NCBI GenBank assembly: GCA_964613495.1
Contig: CAZTHE010000007.1
Location: forward strand, 1 to 59,881
Direction of reading: 5' to 3'
Length of the DNA: 59,881 nucleotides
Source: an uncultured Acidobacteriota bacterium
GTDB lineage: Bacteria > Acidobacteriota > UBA6911
Position numbers and translations under genes: made by a program. Below are positions 47,273 through 56,998 of this stretch, in pieces. A model generated the notes under the pieces. The model did no database searches. It saw only the letters and a list, made by a program, of their open reading frames with translations, and was not told the DNA's origin. Positions within the stretch are counted from its first letter, which is position 1. Each line of letters begins with the position of its first letter.

Positions 47273-48859
47273 CTATTTTTCGGTATCGATGGGGACTTCT
47301 GGAATTGTCAGGATAAGGAGCCAGCTTGCGCAAGTGAAAATCGCCGCTATCAGGAAAATCACCTTCAGGCTGGATTCCAGCGAACGGCGAATCGCCTCTA
47401 CCGTTTCCCGAAACAGCAGGGATTTTCGCTCGCCGGCACGATCGAATGCCTTTTCCAGCGCTGTCATCGCTTCTGCGGAGAGCAGCACGCGAGGATCGGC
47501 GATGGAAGCCATCGTGCCCTCATCCGTCAATCCGTGCAGTTCCGCCGGCAGGGATTTCCGGAGCGTTCGTGTATAGGTCTGGTTCATGGCCGAGCCAAGG
47601 ATTGCAGGCGCGATGGCATTTCCCATGAACACGAAAGCGAAAATGGCGCCTACGGCGACGCCGAGAAGCCGTTTAGGAACCGCAAACTGCGAAACGAGAG
47701 TGTTTATGGTGGGGATGGCGCCCAATCCCAATCCCGTGACCGCCGTGACCAGTACGCCCACCCAGATGGGGGTCCCCGCATGAAAAGCCACCATGGCGAA
47801 GGTAGTGCAGGTGATGATCGTATACCCCGCGATGAGCATCCACTTGTAGCGTTTCGTTCTGGCGATCAGGAATCCGGTTGGAACGCCCATAAAGGCCATG
47901 ATGATGCCGAATGGCGTGATCACGAGTCCGCTCAGGCTTGCACTGGTCCCCTGAACCCCCTGCAGGAAGAGCGGGTAGTACATATTGACCGCCAGCAGGC
48001 CGAAGTAGGACAGCAGGCCGGCGAATGCGGCGGTTAGAAATGTCCGGTTGGTCATGACTTCCGGCGCCAGGATCGGTTCCTCCGCGCGTCGTTCGACGCG
48101 AATCAGCAGGATCCACAGCACGGCCGAAACCGCCAGCATCCCAAGAATTCGCGGCGAGAACCAGGGATATGCGCTCCCTGCCCAGGAAAACGCCACGATC
48201 ATGACAGCCAGGATCGCCGCGAGCAGGAAGGAGCCGAGGAAGTCGATCTTGTGCGCAACGCGCTTCGCGGACGAAGCGACGCCCCCGGCCACCAGGACAA
48301 AAGCGATCGCGGCCAGCAGCGCCGTCAATCCAAAAAAGTAGCGCCAGTTCAGTTCGTCCGTAATCATTCCGACCAGCGCCGGACCGATAATGGCCGCGAT
48401 TCCTGCCGGGATCTGGAGCAGGCCGCTCCAGCGGCTGCGCTGCACCGGTTCATAGAGATCCCCGAGCGCGGCAAAACAGAGCGAGGCGAGCGCCCCCTGT
48501 CCCAGGGAGAGAATCATGCGCGCCGCGATAAAGAAGGTGAACTGCCGGCTGACGGCCGACAGGATGGCCCCGGCTATGTAAAGGCCCAGCGACACCAGCA
48601 GTAGAATCCGGCGCCCGTACGCATCGGAGAGTTTTCCGAAAAGCAGTGTCGCGAACGAAGCGGCGAGGGCCGGCATCGAAATGGCCCAGGAAAACAGGGC
48701 CATGCCATTCAGGTCGGCCGCCACCTTGGGCTGCACGACACCGACGCCACGGAAAAAAAAGACGGTCGCAAAATACGTGATGAAAACCGCAGCCAGGCCC
48801 AGTGTCGCGCTTCTCTTCGAGGTCGGGAGATTGCCGTTTGCCGCGGGCCGGTCAGGCAT
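47273..48859 (-). CDS. MFS transporter, DHA2 (14-TMS, EmrB/QacA-like) family
   Basis: 528 aa, highly hydrophobic, with GKLSDAYGRRILLL (motif A-like). It lies 73 nt downstream of the decarboxylase gene on the same strand. Confidence 0.8.
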   Translation of the reverse strand: MPDRPAANGNLPTSKRSATLGLAAVFITYFATVFFFRGVGVVQPKVAADLNGMALFSWAISMPALAASFATLLFGKLSDAYGRRILLLVSLGLYIAGAILSAVSRQFTFFIAARMILSLGQGALASLCFAALGDLYEPVQRSRWSGLLQIPAGIAAIIGPALVGMITDELNWRYFFGLTALLAAIAFVLVAGGVASSAKRVAHKIDFLGSFLLAAILAVMIVAFSWAGSAYPWFSPRILGMLAVSAVLWILLIRVERRAEEPILAPEVMTNRTFLTAAFAGLLSYFGLLAVNMYYPLFLQGVQGTSASLSGLVITPFGIIMAFMGVPTGFLIARTKRYKWMLIAGYTIITCTTFAMVAFHAGTPIWVGVLVTAVTGLGLGAIPTINTLVSQFAVPKRLLGVAVGAIFAFVFMGNAIAPAILGSAMNQTYTRTLRKSLPAELHGLTDEGTMASIADPRVLLSAEAMTALEKAFDRAGERKSLLFRETVEAIRRSLESSLKVIFLIAAIFTCASWLLILTIPEVPIDTEK

Positions 48860-48931
48860 ACAAATCCATTGAATATGCCCGTGACGGGCCTTCGGCGTGC
48901 CATCGGGATGGTTTTACGTCCGCGTCCATTC

Positions 48932-50077
48932 TCAGCCGCGTCCCCGGTTGATATGAACGACCCGGGCCGGGGGAAACCCGTTGAACCAGGTCGAGGAGGC
49001 GTGCGTGTATGCGCCGATTTTTTCGCTGTAGACGAGGTCTCCGAGCTTTAGCTCCGGGAGTTCCTCGGCCTGTGAGATGGTATCCAGGGCGTCACAGGTG
49101 GGTCCGAATACGGCCGAAATGCGTTTGCGTCCCTTTTTGAACGCCTTCAGGTGGTACTGGCAATGGTCGAACAGGATGCCCGAGAAGGTGTGATAGATTC
49201 CGTCGTTGATGTAGTAGCACCGCTTGCCGTCGCGCTCGGACTTTCCGATGACCTCGGCCACCAGCGTCGCCGCGGTCCCGACCATGTATCTTCCGGGTTC
49301 CGCGAGGATTTCGAGGCTCCTGGGGAACAGGCGGTTCAGTTCCGTGCTCAGGATGCGTGCCAGCTCGCGGAACGGCCGGACGTGCCGGTCGTAGCGCGCC
49401 GGGAACCCGCCCCCGATGTCGAGCAGTTTCAGGGAAATCCCCCGCCCTTCGGCCTCTTCCATAATGGAGGCCGAGATCGACAGCGCCTGCACGTAATTTT
49501 CGAAGTTGGTGCACTGGCTCCCGACGTGGAATCCCATGCCTTCCAGCGTCAGTCCCGCGTCCGCGGCCGCCGCGAGCAGGTCGACCGCTTCGCCCGGGGC
49601 CGCGCCGAATTTGCTGGAGAGTTCGACCATCGATCCGGTATTGGGAACCCGGATGCGCAGGACCAGCCCGGCATTGGGCGCATGCTTCCGGATCTTCTGG
49701 ATCTCCTCGGCATTGTCGAATGCTACCAGCGGCCGGTACGTGTCCAGTTCCTCCAGCGTGCGCCGGTCCTTGATCGGGTTGGAGTAGACGATCTTGTCCC
49801 AGATAAACTCCTGGCGGACGTCCGCGGGCAGGTCCCGGATGTTTTCGTATACCAGGTTGAATTCGGCGATGGACGCGACGTCGAAGCTGGCGCCCGCGTC
49901 GTACAGAGTCCGGATGATCTCGGGATCGGGATTCGCCTTCACGGCGTAATACGCCTGGACCCGCGGCAGGTAGCGCCTGAACGCGGTGTAGTTGCTGCGC
50001 ACGGCATCGTGGTCCACGACAAACAGCGGTGTCCCGTGTTTCTGGGCAAGCTCCCTGAGTTGGCTCGTTTTGACCAT
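48932..50077 (-). CDS. type III PLP-dependent (ornithine/lysine/arginine) decarboxylase, ODC fold
   Basis: 381 aa with TPLFVVDHDAVRSNYTAF ... AYYAVKANPDPEIIRTL ... DIGGGFP ... GPTCDALD. Confidence 0.8.
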   Translation of the reverse strand: MVKTSQLRELAQKHGTPLFVVDHDAVRSNYTAFRRYLPRVQAYYAVKANPDPEIIRTLYDAGASFDVASIAEFNLVYENIRDLPADVRQEFIWDKIVYSNPIKDRRTLEELDTYRPLVAFDNAEEIQKIRKHAPNAGLVLRIRVPNTGSMVELSSKFGAAPGEAVDLLAAAADAGLTLEGMGFHVGSQCTNFENYVQALSISASIMEEAEGRGISLKLLDIGGGFPARYDRHVRPFRELARILSTELNRLFPRSLEILAEPGRYMVGTAATLVAEVIGKSERDGKRCYYINDGIYHTFSGILFDHCQYHLKAFKKGRKRISAVFGPTCDALDTISQAEELPELKLGDLVYSEKIGAYTHASSTWFNGFPPARVVHINRGRG

Positions 50078-50151
50078 GGTTCCGCGCGTCGCACGCCCGG
50101 GGAGGCTTCGGAGGCGCCATGCGGCGCCTCCCTCCCGGCATGCCGAATGGG

Positions 50152-51309
50152 TTACAGTTGTTTGTTGTGCTTCCAGTATTCGGTCGTGACCAGCTCCATG
50201 ATTTCCGGGAGCTTGTCATAGAGGCGTTTGAGTTTCCGCGGCCGGCACTTGGCCATGGCGTAGTGGACGAGCAGCGGAAACGCGACCGTCGAATCGACGT
50301 AGCAGACGACGGCGTCGGGCAGCTGCATCGGATCGACCTTGCCCCATGTGACGGCCTCGTGGGGCGTGGCGCCCGACAGCCCGCCGGTGTCGGGCCTGGC
50401 ATCGGTGAATTGGATGAAATAGTCGTGCCCTTCCTCCTTGACGCGCAGCACTTCCTGGATCTGCGGTTCCGTCTGGAGGGTGAAGTTCTTGGGAGACCCG
50501 CCGCCGATCAGGAGCGTTCCCGTCTTCAGGCCGGCGCGTTTGGCGGCCAGCACGATCCCGGTCGACTCGTTCACGTCGCGCGAGGGGTTGATGCGCAGGG
50601 CGTTGTCGCGCAGCTCCAGGCCGGCGATGTTCATGCCGATGGTGGAATCGCCGGGAGACGGGCAGAAACAGGGCACGCCGGCGCGGTAGGCCGCGGCCAG
50701 AACGGAGCTGTTTATGCGTCCGGTCTGCTCCTCGAACTCGGCGCAGTATTTCCCCAGCAGGTAATGCAGTTCCGTCGTGCCCATCTCATGCTGGAATTCG
50801 GGCTGCATGAGGATCTGCCGCAGCACATGATCCGTGGCCATGAGGACGTCGTTGTAATCGAGAAGGATGTCGTAGATCCGCACGACGCCCAGCCTCCGGA
50901 GTTCCGGGTCCGGGGAGAAGGGCGAGCCGCGGAAGAGCGGCATGTTCATCGCGTGGTGCATGTCGTGGTAGAGATTCGCGCCCGTAGACACGATCCAGTC
51001 CACGAATCCCGCATTGATCAGCGGAATGACGGCGGCGGACCCGATTCCGGCCGGCGTCATCGCTCCCGACAGGCTCATGCCGACGGTGACTTTCGGCTGC
51101 AGCATTTTTTCGGCGAACAGGCGGCACGCTTCCTGCAGGCGGCCGGCGTTGTAGGCCAGGAACGTGTCGTCGATGAGGTCTGCCGCCGATTCCTTGCCGG
51201 AAATCGGCTTGGGCAGAATGCGCTTGCCGCGCAGGAACTGCTGCTTGCCTTTCGAAAACTTGTGGGGATATTTGCTGACGAATCTCTTGGGCAATTTGAC
51301 GTTACCCAT
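50152..51309 (-). CDS. deoxyhypusine synthase-like protein
   Basis: 385 aa with [30 protein letters not shown] and [22 protein letters not shown], all DS-family motifs. Confidence 0.8.
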   Translation of the reverse strand: MGNVKLPKRFVSKYPHKFSKGKQQFLRGKRILPKPISGKESAADLIDDTFLAYNAGRLQEACRLFAEKMLQPKVTVGMSLSGAMTPAGIGSAAVIPLINAGFVDWIVSTGANLYHDMHHAMNMPLFRGSPFSPDPELRRLGVVRIYDILLDYNDVLMATDHVLRQILMQPEFQHEMGTTELHYLLGKYCAEFEEQTGRINSSVLAAAYRAGVPCFCPSPGDSTIGMNIAGLELRDNALRINPSRDVNESTGIVLAAKRAGLKTGTLLIGGGSPKNFTLQTEPQIQEVLRVKEEGHDYFIQFTDARPDTGGLSGATPHEAVTWGKVDPMQLPDAVVCYVDSTVAFPLLVHYAMAKCRPRKLKRLYDKLPEIMELVTTEYWKHNKQL

Positions 51310-52249
51310 GGCTGCGTCTCCTTTGCGTTGTCCTGCCGCTTCCGATCAGGGTGTAGGAAAAGAGTTTATAGACGAGTTTGGCCGCCAGGAAGTCCGGCGC
51401 CCGGAATCCCGGGATCGGGGCCAGCTCGACCACGTCGAAGACGGGCACCCCGGCCGCGTTCGCGCAGACCGTCCGGGCGATATCGAGCATCCGGTCCCAC
51501 GAAATGCCGCCCGGTTCCGGCGTTCCCACCGCCGGCATGATCGACGGATCCAGGCCGTCCAGGTCGACGGTCAGGAAGACGAGCTTCTTTTTCACGAACC
51601 GGGCCAGGTCTTTGAGGAATCCGCCCCGCGGATCGTTCGCCTCTTCCGAAAACACCGTCCGGATATGCCGGGTGCGGCGCATGAAGGCCGCCTCCTCGCC
51701 CGAAAAGTTCCGGATGCCGATCTGGAATATCGGGCAGCATTCCTGGATGCGCTTCGCCGCGCAGGCATGGCTGTACGGCGAGCCCTCATACTCCTCGCGC
51801 AGGTCCGCGTGCGCGTCCACGTGCACGACAACCAGCGATTCCGGGTGCAGCGCGCGCACCAGGCCGCGCACGACGCCGCCGGAAATGGAATGCTCGCCGC
51901 CCAGCACCCCCAGGACCTTCGGGCGGCGCTTGCCGGACAGCAGCTGCGCCACGCCTTCCTCCACGGCCCCGATCATAGCCTCGGGGGAGCGGTGCACCAG
52001 GTTCAGCGCGGAGGTCGTGTGGATGCCGTATTCCATGGCGGGCTCGCAGCCGAATTCGCGGTCATACAGCTCCACCTGGCGCGATGCGGCCAGGATCGCC
52101 GCCGGCCCTTCCCGCGTCCCCGCCCCATAGGATGTCGTCGATTCGTAGGGGATGGGCAGGAGCCAGCCGCGCGCCTTTGCCGGATCCGACATTTCCTCCG
52201 GCAATCCCAGAAAATTCCATGGAGTCTGAAACAGATCGTGTCCGGACAT
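51302..52249 (-). CDS. speB: agmatinase (ureohydrolase family)
   Basis: 315 aa with [20 protein letters not shown] and [23 protein letters not shown]. It overlaps the DHS-like gene by 8 nt. Confidence 0.85.
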   Translation of the reverse strand: MSGHDLFQTPWNFLGLPEEMSDPAKARGWLLPIPYESTTSYGAGTREGPAAILAASRQVELYDREFGCEPAMEYGIHTTSALNLVHRSPEAMIGAVEEGVAQLLSGKRRPKVLGVLGGEHSISGGVVRGLVRALHPESLVVVHVDAHADLREEYEGSPYSHACAAKRIQECCPIFQIGIRNFSGEEAAFMRRTRHIRTVFSEEANDPRGGFLKDLARFVKKKLVFLTVDLDGLDPSIMPAVGTPEPGGISWDRMLDIARTVCANAAGVPVFDVVELAPIPGFRAPDFLAAKLVYKLFSYTLIGSGRTTQRRRSHG

Positions 52250-52330
52250 CAGGCAACCCCCGTGCTGGTAAGAGGAAATACACGAAGACTATCTTCGTGC
52301 GTTTCCTCGCCCGGTGTCAACCGTCAATCC

Positions 52331-53431
52331 TTAATTGGAGGCCCTGCCGAACGTCCCCTTCGCCGTCGCGATGTTTTTCTTTGCGGGCTCCTTCGGGCGC
52401 AGCATGCGGGTGGCCTTCCCCGCCAGCCACATTTCGGAATTCGCGATGACGTTCAGCTCCTTGGTGAGCTGCTGCTGGTAGTCCGGTTTTCCGCACGACT
52501 GCAGGACGCGCTTCGTTTCCGCGCCCGAGGCGACTCTTTTGTAGAGTTCGTCGAACAGCGGTTTGACCGCTTTGCGGAATTTCGGCTTCCAGTCGAGGGC
52601 GCCGCGCTGGGCGGTGGCGGAACAGTTGGCGTACATCCAGTCCATACCGTTTTCGCTCACGAGGCGGATGAGGCTTTCGGTGAATTCCTCGACCGTCTCG
52701 TTGAAGGCCTCGCTCGGGCTATGGCCGTGCTTGCGCAACACTTCGTACTGCGCCTCCATGACCCCCGCGATCGCGCCCATGAGCACGCCGCGTTCGCCGG
52801 TCAGGTCGCTGTAGACCTCATTTTTGAAGGTCGTGGGGAACAGATATCCGGAGCCGACGGCGATGCCCAAAGCCAGGCAGCGCTCGCGCGCGCGGCCGGT
52901 GGCATCCTGCTCCACCGCGAAGCTCGAGTTGATTCCGGCCCCCGAAAGGAAGTTCCTGCGCAGGGACGTGCCCGAGCCCTTGGGCGCGACCATGATCACG
53001 TCGACGTCTTTCGGGGGGATGACCTTGGTCTGATCTTTATAGACGACGGAGAAGCCGTGGGAGAAATACAGCGCCTTGCCCGCGGCCAACCGCTTCTTGA
53101 CGATCGGCCAGATGGCGCGCTGTGCCGCGTCGGACACCAGCATTTCGATGACCGTCCCGCGTTCGCAGGCTTCCCCGATTTCGAACAGGGTTTTGCCGGG
53201 AACCCAGCCGTCCTTTTTCGCGCGGTTCCAGTCCTTCATGTACTTCTTGGACTGCCCGACGATTACGTTGAAGCCATTGTCCTTCATGTTCAAGGCCTGC
53301 GCCGGTCCCTGGACGCCGTAGCCGATCACCGCGATCGTTTCGCCCTTGAGCACCTTGCGCGCCCTGGACATGGGAAATTCCTTCCGCGTGACAACCTGTT
53401 CCTTGACTCCTCCAAAATCGATCAGCGCCAT
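52331..53431 (-). CDS. ilvC: ketol-acid reductoisomerase
   Basis: 366 aa with IAVIGYGVQGPAQALNMKDNGFNVIVG ... YFSHGF ... and C-terminal knotted-domain motifs. The RBS is AAGGAAAGGAAAG. Confidence 0.9.
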   Translation of the reverse strand: MALIDFGGVKEQVVTRKEFPMSRARKVLKGETIAVIGYGVQGPAQALNMKDNGFNVIVGQSKKYMKDWNRAKKDGWVPGKTLFEIGEACERGTVIEMLVSDAAQRAIWPIVKKRLAAGKALYFSHGFSVVYKDQTKVIPPKDVDVIMVAPKGSGTSLRRNFLSGAGINSSFAVEQDATGRARERCLALGIAVGSGYLFPTTFKNEVYSDLTGERGVLMGAIAGVMEAQYEVLRKHGHSPSEAFNETVEEFTESLIRLVSENGMDWMYANCSATAQRGALDWKPKFRKAVKPLFDELYKRVASGAETKRVLQSCGKPDYQQQLTKELNVIANSEMWLAGKATRMLRPKEPAKKNIATAKGTFGRASN

Positions 53432-53596
53432 GATTGCTTTCCTTTCCTTGATAGTAAGCCGTCGACCAATGGCTTCAGATAAGATTCATGGGAATGTTTT
53501 TTATAAGTCATTCTCCCCGTTGGTTCAAGGTCATATTTCGGTCATAGTGCGGCCGGCCCTTCCCATCCATCCCCCGTTCCACCTGCCGGAATTACG

Positions 53597-53678
53597 GTGA
53601 CAGTCACCATAACCTCGAAATTATTTCAGGCCGGAAGCCGACACCGGAGGAATTTCGAGGTTATGGCGCCTGTCACCG
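53597..53678. repeat. 82-bp near-perfect palindrome in the divergent ilvC / dehydrogenase intergenic region
   Basis: GGTGACAG-tca-CCATAACCTCGAAATT, a 28-nt centre, then AATTTCGAGGTTATGG-cgc-CTGTCACC. The core is a 16-bp perfect inverted repeat with 8-bp outer arms. Confidence 0.85.
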
Positions 53679-53724
53679 AAATTATATGATAGCATCCGGC
53701 TGGAAATTGGTACGGGGGTGCACG

Positions 53725-54729
53725 ATGAAAGCATATGAGATTCAAAAATTTGGCCTGGACGGCCTGAAAATGGCGGAACGGGATCAACCGGAGCCCGGGC
53801 CGAACCAGGTATTGGTTCGGATGCATGCCTGGTCTCTGAATTACCGGGATTTATTGGCGCTCGCCGGACGATATAATCCGCGCATGAAGCTTCCGCAGAT
53901 ACCCCTGTCGGACGGAGCCGGGGAAGTCGTCGCAGTCGGTTCAGAAGTAAGGAGCGTCCGGTGCGGGGCCCGCGTCGCCAGCACCTTCTTCGAGCGATGG
54001 GTGTCCGGAATCGCGACCGATGATTCGGCACGAACGGCGCTGGGCGCCGGACGGGACGGTGTCCTGGCGGAATATGTCGTGCTTCATGAAGATGGCGTCA
54101 TTCCGGTCCCGGATCACCTTTCCTTCGAGGAGTCGGCCACGCTTCCGTGCGCTGCCGTAACCGCCTGGAATGCCCTCGTGACGGAAGGCGGCATCAAGGC
54201 CGGAGAAACCGTTCTTACGCTTGGGACGGGCGGCGTTTCCGTCTTTGCCCTCCAGTTCGCCCTGCTGCACGGGGCCGAGGTATTCATAACCTCGAGCAGC
54301 GACGAGAAGCTGGCCAGGGCGAGGGAGTTGGGCGCTTCGCATGCAATCAACTACAAACAGACTCCCGAGTGGGGAGACGCCGTCCGGCGGTTGACCGGCG
54401 GGCGCGGCGTGGATCATGTGGTGGAACTCGGCGGGGCCGGGACGTTCAACCGGTCGGTCGCCGCTTTGCGACGGGGAGGCAGGATGAGCCTGATCGGCGT
54501 CCTTGCGCAGGGAGGGGAAGCCAATATCCTCTCGGTCCTGATGAACAGCATCCGCGTACAGGGATTCTTTGTCGGCTCGAGGGAAGTGTTTGCCTCCATG
54601 AATGCCGCCATCGCCCTGCACCGCCTCAGGCCGGTCATCTACAGGACTTTCGGCTTCGGGGAGGTTTCGGACGCAGTTCGACTGATGGAAAGCGGGCAGC
54701 ATTTCGGCAAGATATGCATCCGCATGTAG
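53725..54729 (+). CDS. NAD(P)-dependent zinc-type alcohol dehydrogenase / quinone oxidoreductase (MDR superfamily)
   Basis: The start is at MKAYEIQKFG. It has HAWSLNYRDL ... PLSDGAGEVVAVG ... GTGGVSVFALQFA. Confidence 0.8.
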   Translation: MKAYEIQKFGLDGLKMAERDQPEPGPNQVLVRMHAWSLNYRDLLALAGRYNPRMKLPQIPLSDGAGEVVAVGSEVRSVRCGARVASTFFERWVSGIATDDSARTALGAGRDGVLAEYVVLHEDGVIPVPDHLSFEESATLPCAAVTAWNALVTEGGIKAGETVLTLGTGGVSVFALQFALLHGAEVFITSSSDEKLARARELGASHAINYKQTPEWGDAVRRLTGGRGVDHVVELGGAGTFNRSVAALRRGGRMSLIGVLAQGGEANILSVLMNSIRVQGFFVGSREVFASMNAAIALHRLRPVIYRTFGFGEVSDAVRLMESGQHFGKICIRM

Positions 54730-54834
54730 TCAGCCACTGTCGCAAAACTCATCTTTCGGCCCCGACAGGGGCGGCACAATCGACTCCACAGACCACAACG
54801 TGTGGTGTTTTCGAGATTGTTGGGGCGCAGGTAG

Positions 54835-54870
54835 TCTGGAATCGGGAATCTGGAATCGGGAATCATTCCC
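54835..54870. repeat. heptamer-repeat locus 8
   Basis: TCTGGAATCGGGAATCTGGAATCGGGAATCATTCCC. It ends in the palindrome GGGAAT-C-ATTCCC, 16 nt upstream of the next ATG. Confidence 0.8.
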
Positions 54871-54885
54871 ATGTAGACTCCTGCC

Positions 54886-56043
54886 ATGAAAACCATGGCT
54901 GTTATCGTCTTTTTCGGGATCTTCCTCCTCGTTACCGGACTCATCAGCTTTTATATTTTCATCCGCGGCTGGCAATCCATCCCTGCCGGATCCAGCCTCC
55001 GGCATCCCTATGCGATCCTTTTCTGGATCGTCGCTCTTTCCTTCATCGGCGGCCGGCTGATGGAGAACTATCTCCCTTCGGCCCTGTCCGATCTGCTGAT
55101 CTGGGTCGGGTCGTTCTGGATCGCGGCCATGATCTATTTCCTGATCGCCGTGGTTAGCCTGGACGTGCTGCGCCTGATCAACCATTTCCTGCCGTTTTTC
55201 CCCTCCGCGATCACCCGAAACTACGCCCAGGTCAAGTATATCCTCGCCGCCTGCGTGACGGGGATCGTCGGAATCGTCCTGCTGGCCGGCCACATCAATT
55301 CCCTGATGCCGCGCGTCCGGGAGCTCGAACTCACCGTCGCCAAACAGGCCGGTTCCATGAAAGCCCTGAACATCGTTGCGGTTTCGGATGTGCACCTGGG
55401 CACGATCGTCGGCAGGTCCCGCTTCGATTCGATCGCGGAGAAAATCAACAGCCTGCACCCGGACCTGGTCCTGTTCGCCGGAGATATCGTCGACGAAGAC
55501 CTGGCTCCCGTCATCAAACAGAACCTGGGGGAGTCGCTGCGCAGCATCCGGGCTCCGCTGGGTGTTTTTGCCATCACGGGCAACCACGAATATATCGGCG
55601 GGGTGGAACAGGCCTGCAAGTACCTCACCGACCACGATATCGTGATGCTCCGCGATCGGAGCGTCAGGATCAACGACGCATTCTATCTGGTCGGCCGCGA
55701 AGACCGCATGATCGGGCGCCGCAACGGGAAGCTCCGAAAAGCCCTGCATGAACTGATGGCGACGGTCGATGCCAGGTACCCCGTGATCCTGATGGACCAT
55801 CAGCCTTTCGGATTGGACGAAGCGGCGACGGCCGGCGTCGACCTGCAGATTTCGGGGCACACCCACTACGGCCAGCTCTGGCCGATGAACTACATCGTCG
55901 AGCGGATTTATGAACTGGCCTGGGGCTACAGGAAAATTGCGGGCACCCACTTTTACGTCTCCAACGGCGTCGGGACCTGGGGACCCCCGGTGCGGGTCGG
56001 GAACCGCCCGGAAATCGTGAACATCCGGCTGAATTTCAGGTAA
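54886..56043 (+). CDS. membrane-anchored metallophosphoesterase (calcineurin-like)
   Basis: 385 aa with about 4 N-terminal TM helices, then VSDVHLG, GDIVDE, GNHEY and SGHTHYGQ. Confidence 0.8.
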   Translation: MKTMAVIVFFGIFLLVTGLISFYIFIRGWQSIPAGSSLRHPYAILFWIVALSFIGGRLMENYLPSALSDLLIWVGSFWIAAMIYFLIAVVSLDVLRLINHFLPFFPSAITRNYAQVKYILAACVTGIVGIVLLAGHINSLMPRVRELELTVAKQAGSMKALNIVAVSDVHLGTIVGRSRFDSIAEKINSLHPDLVLFAGDIVDEDLAPVIKQNLGESLRSIRAPLGVFAITGNHEYIGGVEQACKYLTDHDIVMLRDRSVRINDAFYLVGREDRMIGRRNGKLRKALHELMATVDARYPVILMDHQPFGLDEAATAGVDLQISGHTHYGQLWPMNYIVERIYELAWGYRKIAGTHFYVSNGVGTWGPPVRVGNRPEIVNIRLNFR

Positions 56044-56065
56044 TGAAGCGACCGGGCGTGATGCG

Positions 56066-56842
56066 ATGAAGAAATACCTGGCGGAGGTGGAAGATCTCCT
56101 GGACCGTCTTTACATCGCGGCGGAAGGGGCCGGGTTGCGCCTGGAGGACCGGCGCAAGGCGCCTGAAGTGGCGGCGCTCCTGGAAGAGGTGGAGCGCGCC
56201 GCGTCTCGCATGTCGCGACGGTCCCCGCTGCTCCTCGTGGACGCCGCCGCGGGGAAATCCTATGTCGGCCTGTTGGCCGCCAGGCTGGTCTTCGAAGCCT
56301 CCGGCCGCGGCGCGTCCGTCATCACGATCGAGCGCGATCCGCTCCGCGTCGACGCGGCGCGCCGCGCCGCGGAACGGCTGGGCGCCAGGATCCCCGTGGA
56401 ATGCCGCACCGGGGCGGTGGAAGAGGCCGCGGCCTGGCCGCAGCGGCCGTCGATCGTCACGGCGCTGCACGCCTGCGGCGCCGCGGCGGACGCCGTCCTG
56501 GACGGCGCCGTCGCCTCTGGCGCGCGCACCCTGCTGCTCGTCCCCTGCTGCACCAGCGCGGCGGTAGCCGCCTCCAACCCGGCGAGCGCCCACGCGGAGG
56601 CGCTGGGCATTCCACCGGCGGCTCCCGTGCGCCGCCGCTTCATCCAGTCGGTGATAGACGCCGAGCGGACGCTGCGCCTCGAGGCCGCCGGCTACGAGAC
56701 CGAAGTCGTGGAATTCGTCGCGCCCACCGGCACCCCCCACAACCTCCTCTGGCGCGCGCGTCTCGTGAAAGAACCGCGGCGCATGGCCGCCGCCAAAACC
56801 GCGTGGGAAAACCTCACGTCCGTCCGCGCCGGTTTGGGTTGA
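56066..56842 (+). CDS. SAM-dependent methyltransferase-like protein
   Basis: 258 aa with LLLVDAAAGKSYVGLLAA (motif I-like) and ALHACG ... LVPCC, similar to the Methyltransf_32-type pattern. Confidence 0.55.
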   Translation: MKKYLAEVEDLLDRLYIAAEGAGLRLEDRRKAPEVAALLEEVERAASRMSRRSPLLLVDAAAGKSYVGLLAARLVFEASGRGASVITIERDPLRVDAARRAAERLGARIPVECRTGAVEEAAAWPQRPSIVTALHACGAAADAVLDGAVASGARTLLLVPCCTSAAVAASNPASAHAEALGIPPAAPVRRRFIQSVIDAERTLRLEAAGYETEVVEFVAPTGTPHNLLWRARLVKEPRRMAAAKTAWENLTSVRAGLG

Positions 56843-56874
56843 AGCCATTCCGGCCCGATCGTCCTCCGCCCCCC

Positions 56875-56928
56875 CATCTGCAATCCGGAATCTGCAATCT
56901 GGAATCTGGAATCTGGAATCTTGGATCC
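56875..56928. repeat. heptamer-repeat locus 9 (about 7 units)
   Basis: CATCTGCAATCCGGAATCTGCAATCTGGAATCTGGAATCTGGAATCTTGGATCC. Confidence 0.85.
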
Positions 56929-56998
56929 ATATATTCCTGCGCCACAGAAGAATTCGAGGGATATGCTACAATGCCCGACTTGGAATATGGAGTGAGCC

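Noticed and set aside
51164-53482. 772-aa ORF on the plus strand, and similar long antisense ORFs (8664-10490, 24238-25794, 25421-27475, 22753-23472, 54730-55950, 56966-58192)
   Set aside because: Each lies opposite a gene with convincing family motifs and shows the Arg/Gly/Pro/Asp-rich composition of non-coding frames in high-GC DNA.
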